From the NCBI GenBank assembly GCA_035360515.1, contig DAOSAY010000008.1:9230-73229 (forward strand): a stretch of 64,000 nucleotides of DNA, given 5' to 3'. Of this stretch, positions 10,724-18,976 are shown one piece after another (position 1 is the stretch's first letter; each line of letters begins with the position of its first letter). The position numbers and the translations under genes are program-made. This stretch comes from Bacteroidales bacterium. GTDB taxonomy: Bacteria; Bacteroidota; Bacteroidia; Bacteroidales; VadinHA17. The notes under the pieces were generated by a model. The model saw only the letters and a program-made list of their open reading frames with translations, had not been told where the DNA came from and ran no database searches.

Positions 10724-10973
10724 AATTACTCAATATAAATGATTTTAGCATTAAGTCATTGAATAACAGATAAAAAGATAGTTAAAACAGTATGACAGCG
10801 GTATCTGAACAAATTACTGTGATTGATTTCAGGGATATATTATTCAAATCAGGGGAAAAAAGCCATACGTCAAAGAAAATAGGCCATTTACAGCATGATT
10901 TTAACATATTCGTCAAATAATTATAAATTTACTGGTGAGAATTTGCAGAATTTTAGTTACTTTGGATTTTTAT

Positions 10974-10981
10974 TATATTTG
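10974..10981 (+). promoter_or_regulatory. -7 promoter box (TATATTTG) upstream of the SiaB-like gene
   Basis: Perfect TAnnTTTG, 41 nt upstream of the ATG at 11023. Confidence 0.4.
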
Positions 10982-11022
10982 TTACTGAAAAAGTAAGAGA
11001 TCTTTTTCTAAAGGAAGATTAG

Positions 11023-11580
11023 ATGGGCTTTGATGTAGAGAGCTACCTCACGGAGCAGAAAAACGGCGAAGTTATCCTTTATTATAAGGGTAACATTGAT
11101 TCTGAAGTCATTAATCATGTGCTGGATACTGTGGAGGATAAGCTTATTCAGGTAAATGAACAGGCTAAACTCCGGAAGAAAGTATACAATGTTCTGGTTG
11201 AGAGTCTTCAGAATCTCTACCATCATGTTGACAAAGTGCCAAGTGATTTTGAGGACCAGTCGGCTGAAAAATATGGACTTCTTATGGTTAAAAAGATAGA
11301 GAACGGATATAAGATCATAACTGGCAATTTTATAAGAAAAGAAAACATTGAAAAGCTGGAAGAGAGAATCAAGAGGATTAACCGATCGAGTCAGGAAGAG
11401 ATAAAGGAACTCTATAAATTTATTCTTAACCATCAGAGAATTACCAATAAGGGAGGAGGGGGACTCGGATTGGTTGATATTGCCAGGAAGACAGGGAACA
11501 AACTGGGTTACCAGTTTAAAGATTACGACAATGAACATGCATTTTTTTATCTTGACATACTTGTGGACAATTCAGAATAG
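11023..11580 (+). CDS. SiaB-like GHKL-type Ser/Thr kinase (DUF6272-like)
   Basis: 185-aa ORF with N-box-like ESLQNLYHH and G-box NKGGGGLGLVDIARK, as in SpoIIAB/RsbW/SiaB-type kinases. Lies directly upstream of a DUF1987/SiaC-like gene. Confidence 0.65.
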   Translation: MGFDVESYLTEQKNGEVILYYKGNIDSEVINHVLDTVEDKLIQVNEQAKLRKKVYNVLVESLQNLYHHVDKVPSDFEDQSAEKYGLLMVKKIENGYKIITGNFIRKENIEKLEERIKRINRSSQEEIKELYKFILNHQRITNKGGGGLGLVDIARKTGNKLGYQFKDYDNEHAFFYLDILVDNSE

Positions 11581-11606
11581 GAAAACATTAAAACAATAAT
11601 AATATT

Positions 11607-11987
11607 ATGGAACCGATCATCATTGAAGGAACAGCCAAGACACCAAGCGTAAGATTTGACGCTAACACCGGTATTTTTGAGATTAAAGGGCGTTCAATTC
11701 CCGAAAACTCGGTTGAGTTTTATAAACCAATTGTTGAATGGCTTGATAAGTATAAAGAGAATCCATTGAGCAGAACAGAGGTAAATATCAAGCTTGAATA
11801 TTTCAATACAAGTTCTTCAAAATGCATTCTGGATGTTTTTAAAAAGCTGGAAGCTATTCATAAGGCAAAGAATGAAGTTCAGATAAACTGGTATTATGAG
11901 GAAGACGACGAAGATATGCTTGAAGCTGGTGAAGACTATGAATCTATTATCAGAGTGCCTTTTAAGATGATCGAAATAAGTGATTAA
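11607..11987 (+). CDS. SiaC-like regulatory phosphoprotein (DUF1987 family)
   Basis: 126-aa ORF with N-terminus IIEGTAKTPSVRFDANTGIFEIKGRSIPEN and motif EYFNT(68)SSSK, typical of DUF1987. Acidic C-terminal part. Confidence 0.7.
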   Translation: MEPIIIEGTAKTPSVRFDANTGIFEIKGRSIPENSVEFYKPIVEWLDKYKENPLSRTEVNIKLEYFNTSSSKCILDVFKKLEAIHKAKNEVQINWYYEEDDEDMLEAGEDYESIIRVPFKMIEISD

Positions 11988-12017
11988 CAGTAATTTAATA
12001 CATGGCTGTTTCATTAT

Positions 12018-12047
12018 GACGTCCGGCCAGCCGGGCGTCTTTTTTTT
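12018..12047 (+). terminator. rho-independent terminator after the SiaC-like gene
   Basis: GC-rich hairpin GACGTCCGG-CCAG-CCGGGCGTC (one G-U pair) followed by T8. The T-run overlaps the stop codon of the convergent ABC gene. Confidence 0.8.
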
Positions 12048-15000
12048 AATCAACCGCCTTCGCTTTACCTAGTAAGATCTCACCTGAATCAAGTAGCTTC
12101 TTAAGAAGCCGGAAGTAAAGTACTATATATAATAATATGGTAATTATCCACATAACTATCACATTTACTACAAGTGTATTTACAGGAGTACCGAAGATAT
12201 TCTTTACTGGTGCATAAAAGTGGGCTCTTATTAACTTGCTTTCAGGTTCCATGAAAATAGGATCAGATTTCTGGTAAATCCTGTTTTTATAAATGATAAC
12301 TTTTTTTACTTCATTCTTGTTTGTTACAAACTCATCGAGTTTATCATTGAAGTATTCGTTCTTCAGATCGGAAATTTTCTGTTTGTTCTTTGCCTCCCAT
12401 TCCATTATCATTTTGTCGCGAAGTGAGCTTGCCCTGTTATATAGACTGATATAATACTGTCGTACTCTTTCAATATATTTCTTTGTTTCGGCAAGAACTT
12501 CCATATTGAATTTCTCAGGGGTGAGAAAACCTGCATATTTGTATTGATCGTCAGGTAGTCTCTTTAATTGCTTGTTAATCTCAAAATTAAGCAGGTCTAA
12601 ATCATTATTGTACGTTTCATCTTTTATTCCCTGTATCAGACTGTTTTCAAGTCTTGTGAGCCGTTCATTAATTTTTTCGTTCCAGAAGGTCTTAATGAAG
12701 TTAGCCTGGCTCATTGTCATGTTATATAAATAGAGCGGTTTTTCATACCTGTTATTGATATATTGTTCAACGGCAAGGGCTTCATAGCCCCAGCGCGCAG
12801 TTATTATCTCACCGTAGAACGGGATTGTGACCGGGGACGAAACGTTGGGATTCAGCTTTTCGTACTTTACAAGCACACCACTTAATATAATTTGCGGAAT
12901 CACAAGGAAAGGAATAAGAATGTATATCGTAACCACAGCCTTAAAACTGTCGGATATTACCAGACCCATCATATTAGCTGATGTCCAGCAGGAGAAAAGA
13001 ACAAGCCAGTACTGGAACCACATGCCCTTTATTTCTGTAATTGAATTTCCTATCATTACAAACGTAAATGCCTGTATAGCAGAAATAAGGAATTGTACTG
13101 CAACTTTCGACAACAGATAACTGTTCCAGCTCAGGTTCAGAAATGCCTCCCTCTTTAATATTTTCCTGTCTTTGATTATTTCTTCTGCACTTACTGTAAG
13201 GCCCATGAATATTGCCACTATCACCGACATGAAAATATACACAGGCAGGTTTTCGTTGTCGGCAAAAACAAAATGTGCATCAGGTGCACTGGCATCGTGA
13301 TACTTGATAAGAAATGCCAGCAGAAAAGCAAGGAAGGGAGCTTCCAGCAGGGTAATTACAAGGTATTGAGCATCAGCAAGTTTTGATAAAATATCCCTTT
13401 TTGCAAAAATGAGGAACTGTTTAAGTTTCCCCGGTGTTTTGAAATTTATCTCCGGAATACCTTTCCCTTCCTCGAGTGGCTCCTGGTTACCGGCAAGATA
13501 AGTTTTATAATATTCGTTCCATTCCTCAGGAGATATTTTTCGAGTGTCAGTTGGCTTGCCATATTCATCGAGCACCCTTGCTTCAACAATATTGAAGATC
13601 TGCTCGGGATTTACGTTGCCGCATACATGGCATTCACTCTCATTATAGTTTGCATGATGAATTCTTGTCTTAAAGTAAACTATTGATTCAATGGGGTTTC
13701 CGTTATAAATAAGATAGCCTCCGGTATCAAGAATAAGCAGCCTGTCAAACATCTTGAAAATGTCTGAAGATGGCTGGTGGATCACCACGAAAAGAAGTTT
13801 CCCTTTAAGTGCAAGTTCCTTCAAAAGATCCACAATATTTTCAGAGTCTCGTGAAGAAAGGCCTGAAGTTGGCTCATCCAGGAACAGTATAGCTGGCTCT
13901 CTTATAAGTTCAAGAGAAATGTTGAGACGTTTTCTCTGACCACCGCTTATCTTTTTGTTCAGCGGATTCCCAACCTTCATGTCTCGTATTTCGTACAATC
14001 CAAGATTCTTCAGCGTTGTATCGACCTTCTGCCTTATCTCTTCATCTGTAAGATTATCAAAGCAGAGTTTGGCATTGTAATAAAGGTTTTCGAACACTGT
14101 AAGTTCTTCAATAAGCAGATCATCCTGTGAGACATAGCCTATCAATCCCTTAACTTTTTCACTTTCAGTATGAATGTTTATTCCATTTATGGTTACTTCC
14201 CCCGAAAATGGTTTGTTGGTACCGTTAAGAACACTAAGCAGGGTTGATTTACCTGCTCCACTTGCACCCATTATTCCCACCATTCTGCCCGACTCTTCCT
14301 CAAAACTCATTGGGTGTATGCCTATTTTTCCTCCTCTGAACCTGTATTCAAGATCTTTAACTTTATAAACTACCCGGGATGCCTGTAATTCCTCTTTGAA
14401 GAACTGTTTGATAACATCGCTGTAATATATCGGAGATGATTTCGGATCTCTCAGCGATGAGCCTGGATTAAAGGGATATACTTTATCTTCCTGCAGAAGC
14501 TGACCATTCATGTATAGTTCACCCATATCACTGAACCTTACAAAATACATCTGAGCTGAGTGAACATAAAGAACCCAGATCTGCCCCTTTACATCACGAT
14601 TATAAAAATGAATATATTCTTTTGAAGGATCGTGTTCCCTGTTATCGATTACCAGAATGCCCTGTTTATTGGGTATTTCTGTGAAAGGATTCAGCACAAA
14701 ATGTCTGATAAGTTCGTATTCATCGGAGTTTACGTAAAACTGGTTGGCCACCTGCTCGATAAACTCCAGCTCAAGCTGACTTACTTCAGTTCCTTCCGAT
14801 TTGCAAAACTCTAGCAACTGTACGAGTACAATGATTTTCTGATCCTGAGTCAACTGGTCATTAATGTCATTGCATATTTTCAGAACTCTTACTGCAATAG
14901 CTGCAGTACGCCTGTTCTGGGTACTTTTCATCCGTTTTTCCTGCGCCTCCTTATAGTACTCATCAAAGAAGCCGAGATAAATTTTAACCAGTTCCTGGTT

Positions 15001-15114
15001 CAACTGGCGTTTAAGAAATGCCTCAACCACCCCGCGCCTATCACTGTCATTCGACTGAGGCCTGGCTATAATTGCAAACAGCTGCATCAGAGCTTTTAGA
15101 ATCTTTTCACTCAT
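12046..15114 (-). CDS. ABCG-type fused ABC transporter (ATPase plus ABC-2 permease) with extra N- and C-terminal domains
   Basis: 1022-aa ORF. Walker A GASGAGKST near aa 283, signature SGGQRKR, Walker B ILFLDEPTSGL and H-loop VIHQPS. A multi-TM ABC-2-like region follows, then about 230 aa of helical extension and a final TM helix. The first ~245 aa are not ABC-like. Confidence 0.85.
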   Translation of the reverse strand: MSEKILKALMQLFAIIARPQSNDSDRRGVVEAFLKRQLNQELVKIYLGFFDEYYKEAQEKRMKSTQNRRTAAIAVRVLKICNDINDQLTQDQKIIVLVQLLEFCKSEGTEVSQLELEFIEQVANQFYVNSDEYELIRHFVLNPFTEIPNKQGILVIDNREHDPSKEYIHFYNRDVKGQIWVLYVHSAQMYFVRFSDMGELYMNGQLLQEDKVYPFNPGSSLRDPKSSPIYYSDVIKQFFKEELQASRVVYKVKDLEYRFRGGKIGIHPMSFEEESGRMVGIMGASGAGKSTLLSVLNGTNKPFSGEVTINGINIHTESEKVKGLIGYVSQDDLLIEELTVFENLYYNAKLCFDNLTDEEIRQKVDTTLKNLGLYEIRDMKVGNPLNKKISGGQRKRLNISLELIREPAILFLDEPTSGLSSRDSENIVDLLKELALKGKLLFVVIHQPSSDIFKMFDRLLILDTGGYLIYNGNPIESIVYFKTRIHHANYNESECHVCGNVNPEQIFNIVEARVLDEYGKPTDTRKISPEEWNEYYKTYLAGNQEPLEEGKGIPEINFKTPGKLKQFLIFAKRDILSKLADAQYLVITLLEAPFLAFLLAFLIKYHDASAPDAHFVFADNENLPVYIFMSVIVAIFMGLTVSAEEIIKDRKILKREAFLNLSWNSYLLSKVAVQFLISAIQAFTFVMIGNSITEIKGMWFQYWLVLFSCWTSANMMGLVISDSFKAVVTIYILIPFLVIPQIILSGVLVKYEKLNPNVSSPVTIPFYGEIITARWGYEALAVEQYINNRYEKPLYLYNMTMSQANFIKTFWNEKINERLTRLENSLIQGIKDETYNNDLDLLNFEINKQLKRLPDDQYKYAGFLTPEKFNMEVLAETKKYIERVRQYYISLYNRASSLRDKMIMEWEAKNKQKISDLKNEYFNDKLDEFVTNKNEVKKVIIYKNRIYQKSDPIFMEPESKLIRAHFYAPVKNIFGTPVNTLVVNVIVMWIITILLYIVLYFRLLKKLLDSGEILLGKAKAVD

Positions 15115-15191
15115 GTGATCCAGTTATTACGTAATATTAAGGCTGAAATTAGTAATTTGTGCCAAATTATCCTAAATTAAAGATATTTCTC

Positions 15192-15779
15192 TCAAAATTT
15201 TCTTTTTTTCTTTTTCTTTCTTTCAACAGAAAATCCAAATTTCCCCAAAAATCTGCCAGTCCCGTAATATCTGCCGTGAAGGTAACACAATGGGCCTGCA
15301 TCATTGAGTCTGAATATTCCCGTTTTACTTTCGTAATAAGCTTCATCGGCATGAATAGCAACCACTTCTGAAATAAACATATGGTGCGTCCCCAGCTCTT
15401 TTATTTCCCTTACAACGCATTCTATGTTTACAGGAGATTCTTCAATCAGAGGGGACTTTACTATCGTTGCCCTGACCGGTGTGAGTCCTGTTTCTTTGAA
15501 CTTGTTGAAAAGTGCACCCGAATTCACACCGCACCAGTCGGTTGCCCGGGCAAGTTTTTCAGTTGTCAGGTTAATAACAAAATCCATGTTTTTCTTTATA
15601 ATACCATATGAATGCCGTTCGGGCCTGACCGAAATATAACACATTGGAGGTTCGGTGCAAATCGTGCCTGTCCACGACACTGTTATAATATTGTATTCCT
15701 CTTCACTTGCACCACAGCTTACCATAACTGCAGGAAGAGGATATATCATGGTTCCAGGTTTCCATAACAGCTTTCCCAT
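15192..15779 (-). CDS. flavin reductase-like (FMN-binding split-barrel) protein
   Basis: 195-aa ORF whose N-terminal region (YPLPAVMVSCG...NIITVSWTG) is typical of the flavin reductase family. Unusual Lys-rich tail ERKKKKKRKF. Confidence 0.8.
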   Translation of the reverse strand: MGKLLWKPGTMIYPLPAVMVSCGASEEEYNIITVSWTGTICTEPPMCYISVRPERHSYGIIKKNMDFVINLTTEKLARATDWCGVNSGALFNKFKETGLTPVRATIVKSPLIEESPVNIECVVREIKELGTHHMFISEVVAIHADEAYYESKTGIFRLNDAGPLCYLHGRYYGTGRFLGKFGFSVERKKKKKRKF

Positions 15780-15821
15780 ACATTTGAATTTATAATAAGA
15801 CGGGTAAATTTAATTAATACC

Positions 15822-15838
15822 TTGCTCACAATGAGCAA
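15822..15838. promoter_or_regulatory. perfect inverted repeat TTGCTCA-CAA-TGAGCAA (candidate operator)
   Basis: 7-bp arms with a 3-bp spacer. Overlaps the -7 box and predicted start site of the minus-strand promoter. Confidence 0.35.
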
Positions 15839-15843
15839 AATTA
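15836..15843 (-). promoter_or_regulatory. -7 promoter box (TAATTTTG on the minus strand) for the flavin reductase/ABC transporter unit
   Basis: The plus strand reads CAAAATTA. It lies about 55 nt upstream of the 15779 start and overlaps the palindrome at 15822-15838. Confidence 0.4.
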
Positions 15844-15902
15844 ATAGTAAGGTTTCATTCACATTCGTTAATTTTCTACGAATCGGTTTCCATGTAATCC
15901 AT

Positions 15903-15917
15903 ATGTCATAATGACAT
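15903..15917. promoter_or_regulatory. perfect inverted repeat ATGTCAT-A-ATGACAT in the clpB upstream region
   Basis: 7-bp arms. Flanked by direct repeats ATATGTCA (15901, 15933) and CATGTAA (15891, 15950). Confidence 0.3.
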
Positions 15918-16032
15918 GTTAAAAATACCTTAATATGTCAAAAATTACCATGTAAATCAATAAGTTGTATATGGCAGGGAATTTGTAAAATAAGGTGAGC
16001 TAAAATATTAAAAAAGAAAGGAGTAAAATAAT

Positions 16033-18645
16033 ATGAACCTTAATAATTTCACTATAAAAGCCCAGGAAGCTGTAATGCACGCATTCGACATAGCCGCATC
16101 GATGAATCATCAGGCTGTGGAATGTGCGCATATTATGAAAGGTATTCTTACGGAAGCCGATAAGATTGTGCAGTTTATTTTCGGCAAGACAGGTGCAGAT
16201 ATCCGTGCTTTCAGCAGAGCTCTCGATCGCATAATTGATTCATTTCCGAAAGTTACAGGGGGTGAATCATATCTTTCTTCGAGAGCTGCTGAGGTCTTGC
16301 GGAAGGCATCGGGTCATGCACTGAAGATGAAAGACAAATTTGTATCGGTTGAGCATCTGCTGATTGCGCTTCTCGAATCGGACGACCAGGTAGCCAGACT
16401 TATGAAGGACAGCGGGATAGATATGAAGGGACTTATGGCTGCAATTAACGATTTGAGAAAAGGAGCTACTGTTGAGAGTCAGACGGCAGATGACACTTAT
16501 AATGCACTTAACAGGTTCGCAATAAACCTCAATGAGATGGCACAATCGGGTAAACTCGACCCGGTTATCGGAAGAGATGATGAGATTAGAAGGGTATTAC
16601 AGATATTGTCAAGGCGTTCAAAAAATAATCCCTTGCTTATTGGTGAGCCCGGTGTCGGAAAGACTGCAATAGTGGAAGGTCTGGCACACCGTATCGTGAG
16701 AGGTGATGTGCCTGAAGACCTTAAATCGAAGGTAATTTATGCTCTCGATATGGGAGCACTCATTGCAGGTGCCAAGTATAAGGGAGAGTTTGAAGAGAGG
16801 CTTAAATCGGTAATTAATGAAGTGGTTTCTTCTAATGGTGAAGTGGTTCTTTTTATTGATGAAATTCATACACTTGTTGGTGCCGGCAAATCGGAAGGAG
16901 CAATGGATGCTGCCAATATTATGAAGCCGGCTCTTGCAAGAGGAGAGTTAAGGGCTATAGGTGCTACAACTCTTAATGAATATCAGAAGTATTTCGAAAA
17001 GGACAAAGCTCTTGAACGCCGTTTTCAGGTAGTACACGTTGATGAACCTGACAGGGCTGACGCCATTTCAATTCTCAGAGGATTGAGGGAACGGTATGAA
17101 ACTCATCATAAAGTTATTATTCGCGATGAAGCAATAATAGCAGCAGTGGATCTGTCATATCGATATATTACCGACCGTTTTCTGCCTGATAAAGCCATAG
17201 ACCTTATAGACGAAGCTGCTTCGAGGCTGAGGCTGCAAATGAATTCATTACCTGAAGAGCTCGATAAGATACAGAGGACAATTGCACGCCTTGAAATAGA
17301 ACGCGAAGCAGTGAAACGAGACCAGGACAAAAGAAAAGAGGAAGAAATTTCGCGTGAGCTTGCAAAACTCATGGAAAAAAGAAATGAACTGATGGCAGCC
17401 TGGAAGTCGGAAAAGAATCTGATCGAACAGATGCAGGAGAAAAAGGAGGCAATGGAGATGATCAGACTTGAAGCAGAACAGGCTGAAAGGATGGGTGATT
17501 ACGGCCGTGTGGCAGAGCTGAGGTATGGGAAACTGATCGAACTGGAGAAAGAGATTGCTGCAATAAAAGAACAGATTGAGGAAAGAAGAAGATCTGGTTC
17601 ACTTGTGCGTGAAGATGTACGAGCAGAAGATATTGCAGAGATAGTCTCTAAGTGGACTGGAATACCTGTTTCAAAAATGCTCGAGAGTGAGAGGGAAAAA
17701 CTTCTTCGCCTTGAGGAGGAGCTTCACAAAAGGGTTGTTGGCCAGGATGAGGCAATAGCTGCTGTTGCCGATGCTGTAAGAAGATCGAGGGCAGGACTGC
17801 AGGATGAAAAAAGACCTGTGGGCTCATTCATTTTCCTTGGAACAACAGGTGTGGGCAAAACCGAACTTGCCCGAGCACTGGCCGAATTTCTGTTCAACAA
17901 TGAGAACCTGATGACGAGGATTGATATGTCAGAATATCAGGAGAGACATTCGGTATCGAGACTTATAGGAGCTCCCCCGGGTTATGTCGGATATGAAGAA
18001 GGCGGACAGCTGACTGAAGCTGTCAGGCATAAACCTTATTCGGTCGTCCTGCTCGACGAAATAGAAAAGGCACATCCGGATGTGTTTAACCTTCTGCTAC
18101 AGGTGCTCGACGAGGGAAGACTTACTGATAACAAGGGAAGAACAGTTAACTTCAGAAATGTAATAATTATAATGACCTCCAACCTCGGTTCCGATATTAT
18201 CCGCGAGAGGATGGAACAGTGGAACAATAACCTTCCGCCCAGGGAAGAAGAGAAACTAAGGAACGAAGTCTTTGCATTGCTGAGAAAATTTATGCGACCT
18301 GAATTCCTTAACAGGGTTGATGAAATAGTAATGTTTAAACCATTGACTATTAATCAAATAAAAGAAATAGTAAGAATTCAGCTTGGCAACCTTTCTAAAG
18401 TACTTGAATCACAGGGCATTAAGCTCGAAGTGGGTGATGATGCAGTTGAATGGCTTGCTGAACATGGGTTTGATCCGCAGCTGGGTGCCCGACCGGTTAA
18501 ACGACTGATTCAGAGAGAGGTTGTGAATCGATTGTCGAAAGAAATAATAGCAGGAAAAGTTAGTAAGGATGATACTGTTTATCTAAGCGTGAAAGACGGA
18601 GCAATCTTTTTCAGCAATAAGAAACCATCTAGGAGAACGACTTGA
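16033..18645 (+). CDS. clpB: ATP-dependent chaperone ClpB
   Basis: 870-aa ORF with a Clp_N repeat, two AAA+ modules (GEPGVGKTA and GTTGVGKTE) and a long coiled-coil middle domain. Confidence 0.97.
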   Translation: MNLNNFTIKAQEAVMHAFDIAASMNHQAVECAHIMKGILTEADKIVQFIFGKTGADIRAFSRALDRIIDSFPKVTGGESYLSSRAAEVLRKASGHALKMKDKFVSVEHLLIALLESDDQVARLMKDSGIDMKGLMAAINDLRKGATVESQTADDTYNALNRFAINLNEMAQSGKLDPVIGRDDEIRRVLQILSRRSKNNPLLIGEPGVGKTAIVEGLAHRIVRGDVPEDLKSKVIYALDMGALIAGAKYKGEFEERLKSVINEVVSSNGEVVLFIDEIHTLVGAGKSEGAMDAANIMKPALARGELRAIGATTLNEYQKYFEKDKALERRFQVVHVDEPDRADAISILRGLRERYETHHKVIIRDEAIIAAVDLSYRYITDRFLPDKAIDLIDEAASRLRLQMNSLPEELDKIQRTIARLEIEREAVKRDQDKRKEEEISRELAKLMEKRNELMAAWKSEKNLIEQMQEKKEAMEMIRLEAEQAERMGDYGRVAELRYGKLIELEKEIAAIKEQIEERRRSGSLVREDVRAEDIAEIVSKWTGIPVSKMLESEREKLLRLEEELHKRVVGQDEAIAAVADAVRRSRAGLQDEKRPVGSFIFLGTTGVGKTELARALAEFLFNNENLMTRIDMSEYQERHSVSRLIGAPPGYVGYEEGGQLTEAVRHKPYSVVLLDEIEKAHPDVFNLLLQVLDEGRLTDNKGRTVNFRNVIIIMTSNLGSDIIRERMEQWNNNLPPREEEKLRNEVFALLRKFMRPEFLNRVDEIVMFKPLTINQIKEIVRIQLGNLSKVLESQGIKLEVGDDAVEWLAEHGFDPQLGARPVKRLIQREVVNRLSKEIIAGKVSKDDTVYLSVKDGAIFFSNKKPSRRTT

Positions 18646-18964
18646 TGCATTCATCAACGTCATCGTAAATATCAAAAATAGTATTCAGACGCAGGTTCTG
18701 AAAAAGATTGTTTACGTGAGGCTCAATAGAACAAATTTTTAGTGTTCCGTAATTATTCCTGGCTGATCTAAGTATTGAAAGCAGGGAACCAAAGCCGGTA
18801 CTATCTATATATTGTATACCCTTTAGGTTTATTATCACTCTGGAGTTTGGTTCGTTGAATAACCTTGATACTTCTTCTCTTACCTCATCAGCAACCAGTG
18901 CATCAAGTTTATTTAGAGTGAATGATACAATTTCGATATTACCCCTCTTTTCACTGGTAACCAT
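18629..18964 (-). CDS. STAS-domain anti-sigma-factor antagonist
   Basis: 111-aa ORF with motif YIDSTGFGSLL (conserved phospho-Ser position). Lies 12 nt downstream of the Hpt gene. Its 3' end overlaps the clpB 3' end by 17 nt. Confidence 0.85.
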   Translation of the reverse strand: MVTSEKRGNIEIVSFTLNKLDALVADEVREEVSRLFNEPNSRVIINLKGIQYIDSTGFGSLLSILRSARNNYGTLKICSIEPHVNNLFQNLRLNTIFDIYDDVDECIKSFS

Positions 18965-18976
18965 GGTTCCCTGCTT

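Noticed and set aside
10792-10920. 42-codon ORF (MTAVSEQITVIDFRDILFKSGEKSHTSKKIGHLQHDFNIFVK) in the 300-bp gap between the S41 peptidase and the SiaB-like gene.
   Set aside because: It is too short to support. It has no recognisable motif and no -7 box immediately upstream, and the only perfect -7 box in the gap (10974-10981) lies downstream of it. It is worth a look only if it is conserved in relatives.
11008-11538. 176-aa antisense ORF overlapping the SiaB-like gene. Similar long antisense or alternate-frame ORFs occur at 29714-30172, 35476-36011, 38010-38465, 42225-42605 and 49518-50063.
   Set aside because: All lie entirely inside stronger, family-assignable ORFs on the other strand or frame. 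Their composition is low-complexity and Phe/Leu/Ile/Ser-rich, as expected from reading AT-rich coding DNA out of frame. No independent signals support them.
12500-14650. Calling the N-terminal beta-rich segment of the ABC transporter a bona fide FHA domain.
   Set aside because: Only a ..YMNGQ.. resemblance is visible, and the canonical G-R and S-x-x-H phosphothreonine-binding residues are not evident. It is kept only as a hypothesis inside the finding, not as a feature.
15190-15235. Polypyrimidine/homopolymer tract (T4CT7CT5CT3CT3C) at the 3' end of the flavin reductase gene, considered as a phase-variation slippage site.
   Set aside because: The tract only encodes the terminal Lys-rich tail (ERKKKKKRKF). 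Slippage would change a few C-terminal residues, not switch the gene on or off. No evidence of variability can be drawn from a single sequence.
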